The notes beneath the pieces were generated by a model that worked only from the letters and a program-made list of their open reading frames with translations, did not search any database and had not been told where the DNA came from. Of a stretch of DNA of 56,710 bases, positions 39,877 through 48,252 are shown one piece after another; position 1 is the first letter of the stretch, and every line of letters starts with the position of its first letter. The DNA is taken from IMG/VR virus record IMGVR_UViG_3300028800_002448; one strand, given 5' to 3'. The translations under genes and the position numbers were made by a program. Origin of the DNA: an uncultured virus (IMG/VR IMGVR_UViG_3300028800_002448) (taxonomy: Duplodnaviria; Heunggongvirae; Uroviricota; Caudoviricetes).

Positions 39877-40266
39877 TCAGTCTCCGAGGTAGGAGGACAT
39901 GCCGCGAAGATCTTCCTCGCTGAACAAATCGAGGATGCCCGTGAGTGCGTACAGCGCGTTGCGGGCGCCGCTGGGCGGTTCGCGGCTGGCGTTGTGCTCC
40001 TTCTCCCAGATGTCATCCCAAGCTTCGTCGAGATGACCGACGGCGATCTTCAGCGCATCGAACGACGTGTTGCCGCTCTCATTCATGCGCTTCGCGACGA
40101 TCTTGCCGAGGAGCCTCCAAGGATCCCAAAGCTCCGGCTTGATGCTGATCATCTGGATCAGGTGGTAGGCCGCCGACGTGATCTTGCTGTCGCAGCACTT
40201 GCGCAAGGCCGTGTGCATGAGCCCGCAGGCGTCTTCAGCTTCGAGCGCTCGCTTCTTGGTCGCCAT
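39877..40266 (-). CDS. Hypothetical helical protein
   Basis: AGGAG SD, 129 aa. Confidence 0.65.
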   Translation of the reverse strand: MATKKRALEAEDACGLMHTALRKCCDSKITSAAYHLIQMISIKPELWDPWRLLGKIVAKRMNESGNTSFDALKIAVGHLDEAWDDIWEKEHNASREPPSGARNALYALTGILDLFSEEDLRGMSSYLGD

Positions 40267-40284
40267 CTAGGATCTCCTTTGTCT

Positions 40285-40809
40285 TCAGAGCGGGAAGTGC
40301 AGACGCAGCTTCGACATCATATGCAAGAGCGCCTCGGCGTTACCTTTGGCGTCATCGACAGGATCGTGGGTGTGCTTCGTGACCCGGAGGTGCTTGAAGT
40401 TCTTGGTCGCGTCACGGACGAGGCCCTTGTAGAGAGAGCCGAGGTTCGTCGAGGAGTGACCGAAGGGGTTCTTCTTGCAGAACCGATGGAAGTAGTAGTT
40501 GATGAACTGCCAGTCGAAGCCGTTGTTGTCGGAGATGAACCGCGGCTTGGTCTTCGGCTCGTTCACCCGCTCGACCCAGGCGAGGAAGTTGTTCATCGTG
40601 GTGCTCGCGAGAGGGAGCGTCATCGTGTGCTCGCGCGTCGTCTTGGTCACGAGGAGCGCGTTCGGATCGTACTCGTCCGAGATGGGGTGGCAGAAGCCGC
40701 GGTAGGTCTGGTTGAGCCCCGGCTCGACGACGACCGCCCCGAAGGAGAACATCGAGTAGAGGCCAGGGCACGGCCCGTCGGCCTCGACGTCGACCATGAA
40801 CCAGCTCAC
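40285..40809 (-). CDS. DEDDh 3'-5' exonuclease (Rv2179c-like)
   Basis: GTG start; DVEADGP, NGFDWQF, HDPVDDA. Confidence 0.88.
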   Translation of the reverse strand: MSWFMVDVEADGPCPGLYSMFSFGAVVVEPGLNQTYRGFCHPISDEYDPNALLVTKTTREHTMTLPLASTTMNNFLAWVERVNEPKTKPRFISDNNGFDWQFINYYFHRFCKKNPFGHSSTNLGSLYKGLVRDATKNFKHLRVTKHTHDPVDDAKGNAEALLHMMSKLRLHFPL

Positions 40810-41211
40810 GAGGATCTCTCCTTGGGAGAAGGAATCTTGGTGCGAGTTCCGAGCTTCGCGAACTTCTTGAGCTTGCCGATGACCTTCGACGGACGCTTGA
40901 GCACCGTCTCCGGATGGACGGTCTTGCCGACCCAGTCCTCGGGGATCTCGACGAGCACGCCTCGACGCATGCGGTAGAACTTGCCGTCTTTCTCGATACG
41001 CTTCACAGGCGATCCAACGTCTTGGCGGCAGCCATTTGGAGCTGCTCCGGCGTCGTCGAGTACGTCTGCATGGCGCTTGTGGGTGCCAACAGCCAGCTCT
41101 CGGCCGGGAAGAGTTTGATGAACAGCTCGTTCGGAACTGTGCCTCCCATGGCGGTCTGCAACAAGACGCATCCCGGGCGGCACAGCTCGATGTCATACAC
41201 GAGAACGTACA

Positions 41212-41673
41212 TTACAGGTCCATCTCCTTGAGCTTGGCGTTCTCGACGTCCACGTAGCCGCCCGACGTGAAACACGGGCCCTTGTGGTCGGGGTCGCCGT
41301 CTCCCGTCGCCGCGTAGGAGGCGCCATGGCACATCTCGTGGGCGATCGTCGTCTGCCACATGGTGGGCTCGCTGAGCATGATGATCGTCCAATCGGTCGG
41401 GTACGTGTCACCTTGGACGCAGAGGTCGTCGTTGTCCTCGAACCCTGACCAGTTGATGCCGGTCGAACCGACGTAGGAGCAGTCTGGCTTGTCGATCCAC
41501 CCGACGACGGGAGGCTCACGCTTCGTCACGAACCCGTCGACGGCGTAGTCGGACCACAGCATGGCCGTCGCTTCATCCTGACCAGGCCGGTGGCTCCAGT
41601 CGGCGACGTTGTCCCACCATCGGGTTTCGCAACCCATGGTGAAGAGCAGACAGAGAGCGAGAAGGATCTTCAT
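41212..41673 (-). CDS. Lipoprotein with zinc metallopeptidase motif
   Basis: Lipobox TMGC; AHEMCH...DPDH (HExxH plus distal His). Confidence 0.7.
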   Translation of the reverse strand: MKILLALCLLFTMGCETRWWDNVADWSHRPGQDEATAMLWSDYAVDGFVTKREPPVVGWIDKPDCSYVGSTGINWSGFEDNDDLCVQGDTYPTDWTIIMLSEPTMWQTTIAHEMCHGASYAATGDGDPDHKGPCFTSGGYVDVENAKLKEMDL

Positions 41674-42530
41674 TGGCAGTTGCTTGCGACAGGTGTGAAT
41701 GTGACGGACAGCATGCCCGAGTTATCGGAGCAGCCACAGTCGCTCAAACCGATGTCGATTTTGGAAGCCCGGTCTCCGAAGTTCAGTGTCACTGTGTACT
41801 CATGCGCCGGATTGAAGGACGGATATGTGCCGACAAGGAGTTCTGAAAGGTAGTGGCTCTTGCAGCCCATGAACATTCCGTCGCAGACGCACGTGGTGCC
41901 TTCGTTGGGGCGGTTGTAGCTGAAGCATGTTGGGCAAGCAGCCAACATTTCTGAATTTTGGTTCTGATCCAGTACATAAAAGGCGTCTGCCGTGCCCATG
42001 GTGCTGCTCGGATCAGCGTGAACGACACCTGAGATCTTCATCGTCACGAGCCCCGAATACTCGCGAGCCGTCGTCGAGGGACCCGCGGGCGCTCCCGTGG
42101 AGTCGGTCGAGGCGTAACCGCACGCGGTCATGTCGAAGGTCTCCGACGTGGGAACGTTGGCGTCGCAGCTGGATGCGCCCGCCGCGCCCGTTGCTCCCGC
42201 AGAGCCGGCGTCAGGACCGGGGCTCGCGCCGGCAGATCCGGCGTTGCCGCTTGAGCCGCCAGCGCCACCGTCGAACGGCAGCTTGTCCATCCAGAGAGAG
42301 CCGGCAGTGCCACTGGTCCCGGCATCAGGACTGCCGAGGGCTCCAGCGCTGCCGGCCGGCAGCAGGGAGCCTGCGGACCCTCCACTGCCCGTGCCGGCTG
42401 CCGTGCCGAGGCTTCCAGCCGAGCCGGTCCCGGCCGCGCCGCCGTCTGCGGGCATCTCGACGAGAGAGACGCTCCCACACCCGACCTGAATCCCCGCGAC
42501 GACCACCAGAAGAGCGATGTGCTTGACCAT
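41670..42530 (-). CDS. Lipoprotein with Gly/Ala/Ser linker and Cys-rich beta domain
   Basis: MVKHIALLVVVAGIQVGC; GAAGTGSAG-type linker; ends DCGCSDNSGMLSVTF. Confidence 0.8.
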   Translation of the reverse strand: MVKHIALLVVVAGIQVGCGSVSLVEMPADGGAAGTGSAGSLGTAAGTGSGGSAGSLLPAGSAGALGSPDAGTSGTAGSLWMDKLPFDGGAGGSSGNAGSAGASPGPDAGSAGATGAAGASSCDANVPTSETFDMTACGYASTDSTGAPAGPSTTAREYSGLVTMKISGVVHADPSSTMGTADAFYVLDQNQNSEMLAACPTCFSYNRPNEGTTCVCDGMFMGCKSHYLSELLVGTYPSFNPAHEYTVTLNFGDRASKIDIGLSDCGCSDNSGMLSVTFTPVASNCQ

Positions 42531-42570
42531 GGAGACCATCCTAAAGGCAGCCTGTATTTTAGTCAAGATA
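42531..42570 (-). promoter_or_regulatory. Sigma70-type promoter with dyad, leaderless
   Basis: TTGACT-17-TAGGAT, 7 nt to ATG 42530; TATTTT-AGTC-AAGATA at 42555-42570. Confidence 0.8.
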
Positions 42571-42592
42571 CAAAATAAAAATATTTTTTCAG

Positions 42593-42669
42593 TCGAGCAG
42601 GAGGGATTCGAACCCACATGTATCCACTTACTCTTTCAACGGTTTAGGAAACCGAGGAGATACTGCCCG
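42593..42669 (-). tRNA. Non-canonical D-arm-less tRNA-Arg(CCT)-like gene
   Basis: Acceptor CGGGCAG/CTGCTCG-A, anticodon arm CGGT-TTCCTAA-ACCG, T-arm GTGGG-TTCGAAT-CCCTC; only ~8 nt where the D-arm should be, ~21-nt extra region. Confidence 0.7.
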
Positions 42670-42984
42670 GGGCCTTACTCAAGAGCGACGCCGGCCTTCT
42701 TCAGCTCACTCCAGTCGTAGGCGTCTACGCCCACTTTTTGAGCTGACTTGATGGTCACACCTGCGTCTCTTGCGACATCACGAACGTTCGAGCTGTGACC
42801 GCCTAGCCGATGAATCTCTGCAAGGGCGAGAGCGAAGCCTCGCGTCCATGAGTCGTCCACTGCCTGAAGGCGCTTCGACGCTTTGGTTGAGGCTTTGGTT
42901 GCTGCATCAGAGCAATCGCATGGTTCGCCGTCGAACTTGATGGAGGCGCACTTCTCATGGTGTGTCCGCTGTCGAGACTTCATC

Positions 42985-43404
42985 TTAACCCCTTCTGAAC
43001 TCGGTCGAATCGTGAGGCTCATGGTCGTCGTCTTCGCCGGGCATCTCCTCGCTGTGGTCGAACTCGTCATAGTCCTCGGTCAGCTCGGTGCCGGCGGCGA
43101 TGTCGAAAAGTGCATAGGAGGTCAGGGTTTCCTGGTCCCAACGGAGGTTCGGCGTCTTCGAGCTGTTCGTGAAGCGGCCAGCGTCGGCCGTGCCGTAGAT
43201 GAGGCCGTCGGGCCCCGTCCAGACGTAGATCCAGAGGAACTTGCGCAGCTCCAGCGGCAGCTGCTCGAAGGCGGAGGTCGTCAGGCGATAGTCCCTGCCG
43301 TCGGTCCATCGCGCGACGGGGGTGCCCGCGGCGATGTCCTCGGAGGCGAACAGGCCGAGACCGTGGATCTCCGACGGGCGGGCTTCGGCCCTGACCAGGA
43401 TCAT
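42985..43404 (-). CDS. SET-domain protein
   Basis: SEIHGLGLFASEDIAAG, RFTNSSKTPN (NHS variant), DIAAGTELTEDY. Confidence 0.88.
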   Translation of the reverse strand: MILVRAEARPSEIHGLGLFASEDIAAGTPVARWTDGRDYRLTTSAFEQLPLELRKFLWIYVWTGPDGLIYGTADAGRFTNSSKTPNLRWDQETLTSYALFDIAAGTELTEDYDEFDHSEEMPGEDDDHEPHDSTEFRRG

Positions 43405-43652
43405 GTTGATCCCTCGACAGGTGTCAGCCGGGGTTGGTCGACCTCTTCGATCGTGATGGAGGTGTTGCTGTGCGAGGGGCAGTAGTCTGCGAAGACCTTC
43501 GAGAGGACGTCGGAGACGGTCGTCCAGCCTGCGGCACGCGCGTCTGCTCTGATGTCTGTTGCGATCATTCTGGCCGAGAACCTATTTCTACAACGTAGGC
43601 CATCACCACCCGTCAGATCGCAGCGCAAGCTGAGCCATCTATCGTCGTGCAT
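43401..43652 (-). CDS. Small Zn-binding protein with C-terminal EEVDQ tag
   Basis: CD...C...ARAAGW...DYCPSH then ITIEEVDQPRL. Confidence 0.7.
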   Translation of the reverse strand: MHDDRWLSLRCDLTGGDGLRCRNRFSARMIATDIRADARAAGWTTVSDVLSKVFADYCPSHSNTSITIEEVDQPRLTPVEGST

Positions 43653-43657
43653 GTATC

Positions 43658-43939
43658 TTACTGTCCCGAGGTGATCTGAGGTTGGTCGACGCTCTCATAG
43701 GAGACATCGACGTCGGCGCATGTCAGAGGATTGTGTCGAGGACAGAGGTCGGAGAGGACGTCACCGTTCGGAGCGCGCTCGCAGGCCCAACCGCGACGCC
43801 TCGCTTGGCGTCTCACCTTCGAGGGAGTGTACTCAACGGTGATCTCCCATTCGGCCTTCCTGCCATCGTAGTTGTTAAGACAACCCTCGCGGTCGCACCA
43901 GACACGAAAGTTTCCGTAGCGACCGAGGCTAGCGATCAT
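43658..43939 (-). CDS. Paralogous Zn-binding protein with ESVDQ tag
   Basis: CDREGC...ARRRGW...DLCPRH then VSYESVDQPQI. Confidence 0.7.
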   Translation of the reverse strand: MIASLGRYGNFRVWCDREGCLNNYDGRKAEWEITVEYTPSKVRRQARRRGWACERAPNGDVLSDLCPRHNPLTCADVDVSYESVDQPQITSGQ

Positions 43940-43958
43940 CTGACGGCTTTCAGCTGAG

Positions 43959-44390
43959 CTAGTTCTTGTTGATCGTCCAGTGCGAGACGGTCGTGAGCGT
44001 CACCCCGGCGAACATGCTGACGTCGGTGCTGTCGCAGGTGGACCCGTCCATGTCGCAAACGACGACCGTCTCTTCCTGAGACCCATCATCGACGAACTTG
44101 ATGTCCTGCTGACACCCGTTGTCGGACCACACGCTTGAAACGGTGGAAGTGGTCACAGGGAGACCGGCAGCATAGGTGAAGGTCTCATCGCTCGGGCAGC
44201 TTTCGTTCATACAGCCCGCGCCGACGCAGCTCACGCTCGTGCAGCTGACCGTGTACGTCCCGTGGGGCTTCTGACATCCGGTGTCAGAGGAGCGGCTGCT
44301 ATCAGCGGGTCCTATACCGTCGCAGCCGACGGACCCGACGGCCAGCAACAGGAAGATGAGAATCTTGCTCGCGACGTCCTCGAAGATCAT
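43959..44390 (-). CDS. Cys-rich lipoprotein
   Basis: Lipobox SVGC; Ser/Thr/Cys-rich beta domain. Confidence 0.75.
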   Translation of the reverse strand: MIFEDVASKILIFLLLAVGSVGCDGIGPADSSRSSDTGCQKPHGTYTVSCTSVSCVGAGCMNESCPSDETFTYAAGLPVTTSTVSSVWSDNGCQQDIKFVDDGSQEETVVVCDMDGSTCDSTDVSMFAGVTLTTVSHWTINKN

Positions 44391-44430
44391 GTCAGCTATC
44401 CTCTGCTCTTATTTTATTTTGGTCAAGATA
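44391..44430 (-). promoter_or_regulatory. Sigma70-type promoter with dyad, leaderless
   Basis: TTGACC-17-GAGGAT, 7 nt to ATG 44390; TATTTT-GGTC-AAGATA. Confidence 0.8.
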
Positions 44431-44435
44431 AAAAT

Positions 44436-45191
44436 TCAGGCGTTCATGTCGACGATGACGGTCCTCACCATCGTCCCGGAGACCTTGAAGGAGCCTTCGG
44501 GGCAGTCCTCGAAGGAGCCGGCATGGTCGCTCACGAGCTGACGGAAGTCACGACCCAAGCGATCCTCGCGGAACTTGACCCCGGCGGACATGACGGACAC
44601 GAGCCGGCCGCCGGGCTTGAGGAAGCTGAGGGCGTGTCGGACGTGATGGATGTCTTGGCGCCTGCCGAAGGGCGGGTTCATGACGACGCGGTCGAAGGTG
44701 CGTTGGGGTGGAGCCTTGAGGAAGTCTTGGACGTGGAGGCGATCGAGGCAGCCGAGCGAAGTCTTGCCGTTGATTTTCTTCAGAGCCTCGGCGTTCTTCT
44801 CTTGGATCTCGTACGCGGTGACCTTCGCTCCCATCGTGATGAGAGGAAGGAGGATGGCTCCGAGGCCGGCTGATGGTTCGAGGACGTTCATGTCCAGGCG
44901 CACGTCGGCGATGTTGATGAGGTGCTTGGCGATCCCAACGGGCGTCTCGAAGAACCCGAACTCCTTGCCCGTCGCGACCTCGCCCGTCGCGAGGATCTCG
45001 TCGAGCGCCTCGTCGGCGTCGATGTCGAACAGGTGCGCCTTGGCGCCCCGGTTCCACTTGCCGCCGACGGCGGCGAGCACGTCGTTGACCTTGAGGTAGA
45101 GCTTCCGGTCGAGCTGGCCCGTGAGCTTGAGGGTCTTGCCGACGGTCTCGGCCTGTCCGAGGACCGTCATCACTTCATCTGAGATCTTCAT
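44436..45191 (-). CDS. SAM-dependent amino (N6-adenine type) methyltransferase
   Basis: FFETP, VLEPSAGLG (motif I), VMNPPF (motif IV). Confidence 0.88.
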   Translation of the reverse strand: MKISDEVMTVLGQAETVGKTLKLTGQLDRKLYLKVNDVLAAVGGKWNRGAKAHLFDIDADEALDEILATGEVATGKEFGFFETPVGIAKHLINIADVRLDMNVLEPSAGLGAILLPLITMGAKVTAYEIQEKNAEALKKINGKTSLGCLDRLHVQDFLKAPPQRTFDRVVMNPPFGRRQDIHHVRHALSFLKPGGRLVSVMSAGVKFREDRLGRDFRQLVSDHAGSFEDCPEGSFKVSGTMVRTVIVDMNA

Positions 45192-45203
45192 GTCGAGGCA
45201 GCT

Positions 45204-45239
45204 ATCCTCTGCCGCTATTTTATCTTGGTCAAGATAAAA
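45204..45239 (-). promoter_or_regulatory. Sigma70-type promoter with perfect dyad
   Basis: TTGACC-17-GAGGAT; TTTTATCTT-GGTC-AAGATAAAA at 45218-45239. Confidence 0.8.
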
Positions 45240-45240
45240 A

Positions 45241-45729
45241 TCAGAGCGACGACGGCGCTCGATAGGGGATGAGCAAGACGCTGATGCCGGCCTCCTTGAT
45301 CTTGAGGCCCATGCTGCGTGCGCCGGGACGGTTGTACGAGTGGATGACGACCCGATCGGGGTACTTGTCTTTGGGGAGCTTCTCGGCGATGTAGTCGGCG
45401 ACGACCTGACCCGTCTCCTCGCGAGGCGTCTGGCCCATCGTCGCGTACTCGTCGAGGTCGTGGTCGAGGTAGACGTAGTCGTAGGCGGGGTTCTTCTCCA
45501 GCGCTTCGATCGCCTGACGGGCCGTGTAGACGTGGTCGACGAGGTCTCCGATCGTCATCTGCCGGAAGCCTCGGTGACGGTTCTCGTCGTCGTCGAGGAA
45601 GAGGATCCTGTCGAGGTCGAGGGCTCCGATGTAGCCGGACTTCGCCTCGACACGACCGAGGCGTTCTCCGCCGAGGGCGGCGGCGATCTTGTCCTTCTTG
45701 TCTTCGTCGATCTCGTTCTCGCTCGACAT
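45241..45729 (-). CDS. Cyclic-phosphate-processing receiver-domain protein
   Basis: ILFLDDD..R, YLDHDL, TG, VIHSYN..G. Confidence 0.8.
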   Translation of the reverse strand: MSSENEIDEDKKDKIAAALGGERLGRVEAKSGYIGALDLDRILFLDDDENRHRGFRQMTIGDLVDHVYTARQAIEALEKNPAYDYVYLDHDLDEYATMGQTPREETGQVVADYIAEKLPKDKYPDRVVIHSYNRPGARSMGLKIKEAGISVLLIPYRAPSSL

Positions 45730-46077
45730 GTCAGGTCCCCGTCTCTTTCTTGATGATGACGACGCTCCCGTTGGTCAGCTCGATCGCTACGAGGGCGTCA
45801 TATTTCTTCGCGAGGTTCATCGCCGTGTCGGACTTGACCACGGAGAGCGGCATGAGGCGTCTGCCTGCGAGGAAGGTGATCATCATGTCCAGCGTCACCA
45901 TCGCCTCGGCGAGCGAGCGGACGTAGACGCGCACTTCGACGTCGGGCTGCATCGCCTGCTCGGCGGCACGCCACGCAGATCCGGAGACGCCGTCGCCCAA
46001 GATCTTGCCGATCATGTTGGTGTCGTTGGGCGCGATGATCTTGGCGGCGTTCTTGTCGTCGTTCTTCAATTGGGTCT

Positions 46078-46350
46078 TCAATGGAGCACCAGCTTCGAGC
46101 GTGATTCGATCGTGGCCTGGATGACCTCGGCCGAGTAGGTCTCCTTCGCGCAGTCGGGGCAGAGCGCTCCGATGACGCCGGGGCCCTTGTGACCTTGGGG
46201 AGAGAGGACGGACAGGAACCAGTTGCCGGCGACGAGGTGGTGGGCGAAGTCCTCCTGGTCGAGCGGCAGCGGCGCGTAGAAGAACTCGTCGCAGCCGACG
46301 CAGGGGACGGCCAGCAGGAACTTCGTCGGGTTTTGGTTGGTGTTGGCCAT
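46078..46350 (-). CDS. Zn-binding hypothetical protein
   Basis: CVGC...CPDC; GGAGG upstream. Confidence 0.7.
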   Translation of the reverse strand: MANTNQNPTKFLLAVPCVGCDEFFYAPLPLDQEDFAHHLVAGNWFLSVLSPQGHKGPGVIGALCPDCAKETYSAEVIQATIESRSKLVLH

Positions 46351-46360
46351 ATTGAAAAGG

Positions 46361-46484
46361 TCGCCTCCAGTCTCCCCACCCCCTGGAGGCTCCAGGGCTG
46401 AACAACGCAGCTCGATCCTATTTGGATAAAGGTGCCGGGGACGGTATCGCCTCCAGTTTCCCCACCCCCTGGAGGCTCCAGGGC
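46361..46484. repeat. Two 38-bp direct repeats (37/38 identical) separated by 48 bp
   Basis: TCGCCTCCAGT[C/T]TCCCCACCCCCTGGAGGCTCCAGGGC at 46361-46398 and 46447-46484. Confidence 0.92.
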
Positions 46485-46526
46485 ACTAAACGAGAGCGTC
46501 CGAAGGCGCTCCCCTAGGGAAGAGGC

Positions 46527-47129
46527 CTACCTGTCCAGCGTCACCGTCCAGTATTGAGCCCACTCCTTCGGCATCTGCCTGTAGTCGATGCGGGCCTTCA
46601 CCTGCATGACGTAGGACGGCTTGGCCGGCTTGCAGAGGAGCTTCATGTTGGCCTGCTCGGGCGTGCGGTTGGCCTTGCGCTGGTTGCAGTCGACGCAGGC
46701 GGTGACCACGTTCTCCCAGCAGGTCTTGCCGCCCTGGGCACGTGGGACGACGTGCTCGTAGGTCAGCTTCTCCGCCTTGAACTCACAGCCGCAGTATTGG
46801 CACGTGAACTCGTCCCTGGCGAAGATGGACTTGCGGCAGAAGCGGACGCGCTGACGGTGTTGCGGGACGACGCGACCGAGCTGGATGATCGAAGGGACCG
46901 GGATGTCCTTGCGAACGCCGACGAGAGCCCCGTCCTCCGAGTACGCGATGACCGACGGCTTCCCGAACCACGCGTCCGAGCGCTTGCGCTCCTCGGAAGA
47001 GTAGAGCTTCGTCAGGGCTGCCTTCAGCGACACGACGGCGATCGGCTGCATCGCGGCGTCGATGAGGAGCACTTTCCTCATGTCGAAGGTCAGGTGGGTC
47101 TGGGTCGTCGTCATCGTCTCGGTGTTCAT
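46527..47129 (-). CDS. HNH endonuclease
   Basis: VLLIDAAMQPI N-domain; RDEFTCQYCG...EHVVPRAQGG...WENVVTACVDCN. Confidence 0.93.
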   Translation of the reverse strand: MNTETMTTTQTHLTFDMRKVLLIDAAMQPIAVVSLKAALTKLYSSEERKRSDAWFGKPSVIAYSEDGALVGVRKDIPVPSIIQLGRVVPQHRQRVRFCRKSIFARDEFTCQYCGCEFKAEKLTYEHVVPRAQGGKTCWENVVTACVDCNQRKANRTPEQANMKLLCKPAKPSYVMQVKARIDYRQMPKEWAQYWTVTLDR

Positions 47130-47268
47130 CGGAGTCTCCTTGTCTCGGTCAGGTCATCTTCAACATCTGAACTTGGTTTCGCGCCGGCCTCGTTCGAACT
47201 CGCTGGTCCAGCCCGGGATGCCGCTACCGGCCCAGAGCTTCCAGCGGTTCCCGGGCGAGTCGAGCTTG

Positions 47269-48142
47269 TCCCTGAAGGGATTTCGGGACGGACAACCACC
47301 CCTGCCACCCCCGCCGACTGCGTCGGCGCCCTCATACTCGTCCTCGCTCTGCCGGCGCTCCATCGCGTGGTCGAGATGGATGGTGCGCGTGGCGGGGCAG
47401 CGACAACATTCCTGGAGGACGTGGCCGTCCTTGACGACCATCCAGATGGCGCCTGTCTTCCTGTGCCAGCAATGGGCAGAGGAGCAGCAATGGCCGTCCT
47501 CCTTGCCGGCCGCGAGCCGCTGCTCGAACAGCTTCTTGTCGTGGGTGCTCATGTGCTTCCTTTCACCTTGTTGGTCTTGCAGGGGATGCAGTGGTCGCCG
47601 CACGTCTGCCTGCGGGCTTCGATGTACTTCGCGTGCTTCTCCGGATCCTGGTCCGTGTCGAGGATGGAGTTCTCGACGAGCTTCTTCAGGAAGTGGATGA
47701 CGGTGTCGGCGCCCATGCTTTCGGTGTCGACGAAGGTCCGACCCTCCTCGTCGGTGATGATCGTGATCTCACCGAAGCCGAAGCTCTTCTCGGAGAAGTT
47801 GAAGATGGCGACGACCCGTTCGGGCATGCGCACCGTCGTGTCGACGTTGGGCGGCACCGTCTTGGCGAAGCCGAGGTAGACGTGCGTCGGCGCGTCGTCG
47901 AGAATCGACTGGAACTTCTCCTCTTTTTCCGTCTCGTTCATCCTCGTGCGCCCCACCTCTTCTGAGCTGCCATCTTCGCGATCTCGGACCGCCTCTTCGG
48001 CGAGAGCGCTTCCGCCCTCGCCGGCCCACCCTTCAAGCCCCCAGCCCGTCCCATGATGGCTGCCATCGTAGAGAGGCTCATCCCTGAAGGGACTTCGGGC
48101 CTGCCAACCCACCCAGCCACCCCCGCCGAATTCGTCGGCCCC
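47269..48142. repeat. 62-bp duplicated element (47269-47330 and 48081-48142)
   Basis: Ungapped manual alignment, 52/62 identical, offset 812 bp. Confidence 0.85.
47549..47941 (-). CDS. Hypothetical protein
   Basis: ATG 47941 coupled; FSEKSFGFGEI...DTESM. Confidence 0.65.
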   Translation of the reverse strand: MNETEKEEKFQSILDDAPTHVYLGFAKTVPPNVDTTVRMPERVVAIFNFSEKSFGFGEITIITDEEGRTFVDTESMGADTVIHFLKKLVENSILDTDQDPEKHAKYIEARRQTCGDHCIPCKTNKVKGST

Positions 48143-48228
48143 GTCGTCGGCGCGATCTCAGGCTCGAAGAGCTTTGAGATGATCGCGCGCGATTGAACGT
48201 GCCTGTCCTTGTGTTGCATGACGCTCAA
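47938..48228 (-). CDS. Small basic protein with GGLKGG..RA..LS..RR.EIA..AA..RW motif
   Basis: MGRAGGLKGGPARAEALSPKRRSEIAKMAAQKRW; start uncertain. Confidence 0.75.
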   Translation of the reverse strand: MSVMQHKDRHVQSRAIISKLFEPEIAPTTGPTNSAGVAGWVGRPEVPSGMSLSTMAAIMGRAGGLKGGPARAEALSPKRRSEIAKMAAQKRWGARG

Positions 48229-48252
48229 TATGCTTGAGCGGACAGGAAGCTG

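Noticed and set aside
44436..45191. Complete restriction-modification system
   Set aside because: No adjacent restriction endonuclease or specificity subunit; orphan methyltransferase with unverified substrate
46361..46484. Bona fide CRISPR array
   Set aside because: Only two repeats, a 48-nt spacer and no cas genes in the window; kept as a repeat and a finding
46527..47129. IscB/Cas9/TnpB-type RNA-guided nuclease
   Set aside because: Only 200 aa with no RuvC motifs, bridge helix or Nop-like domain visible
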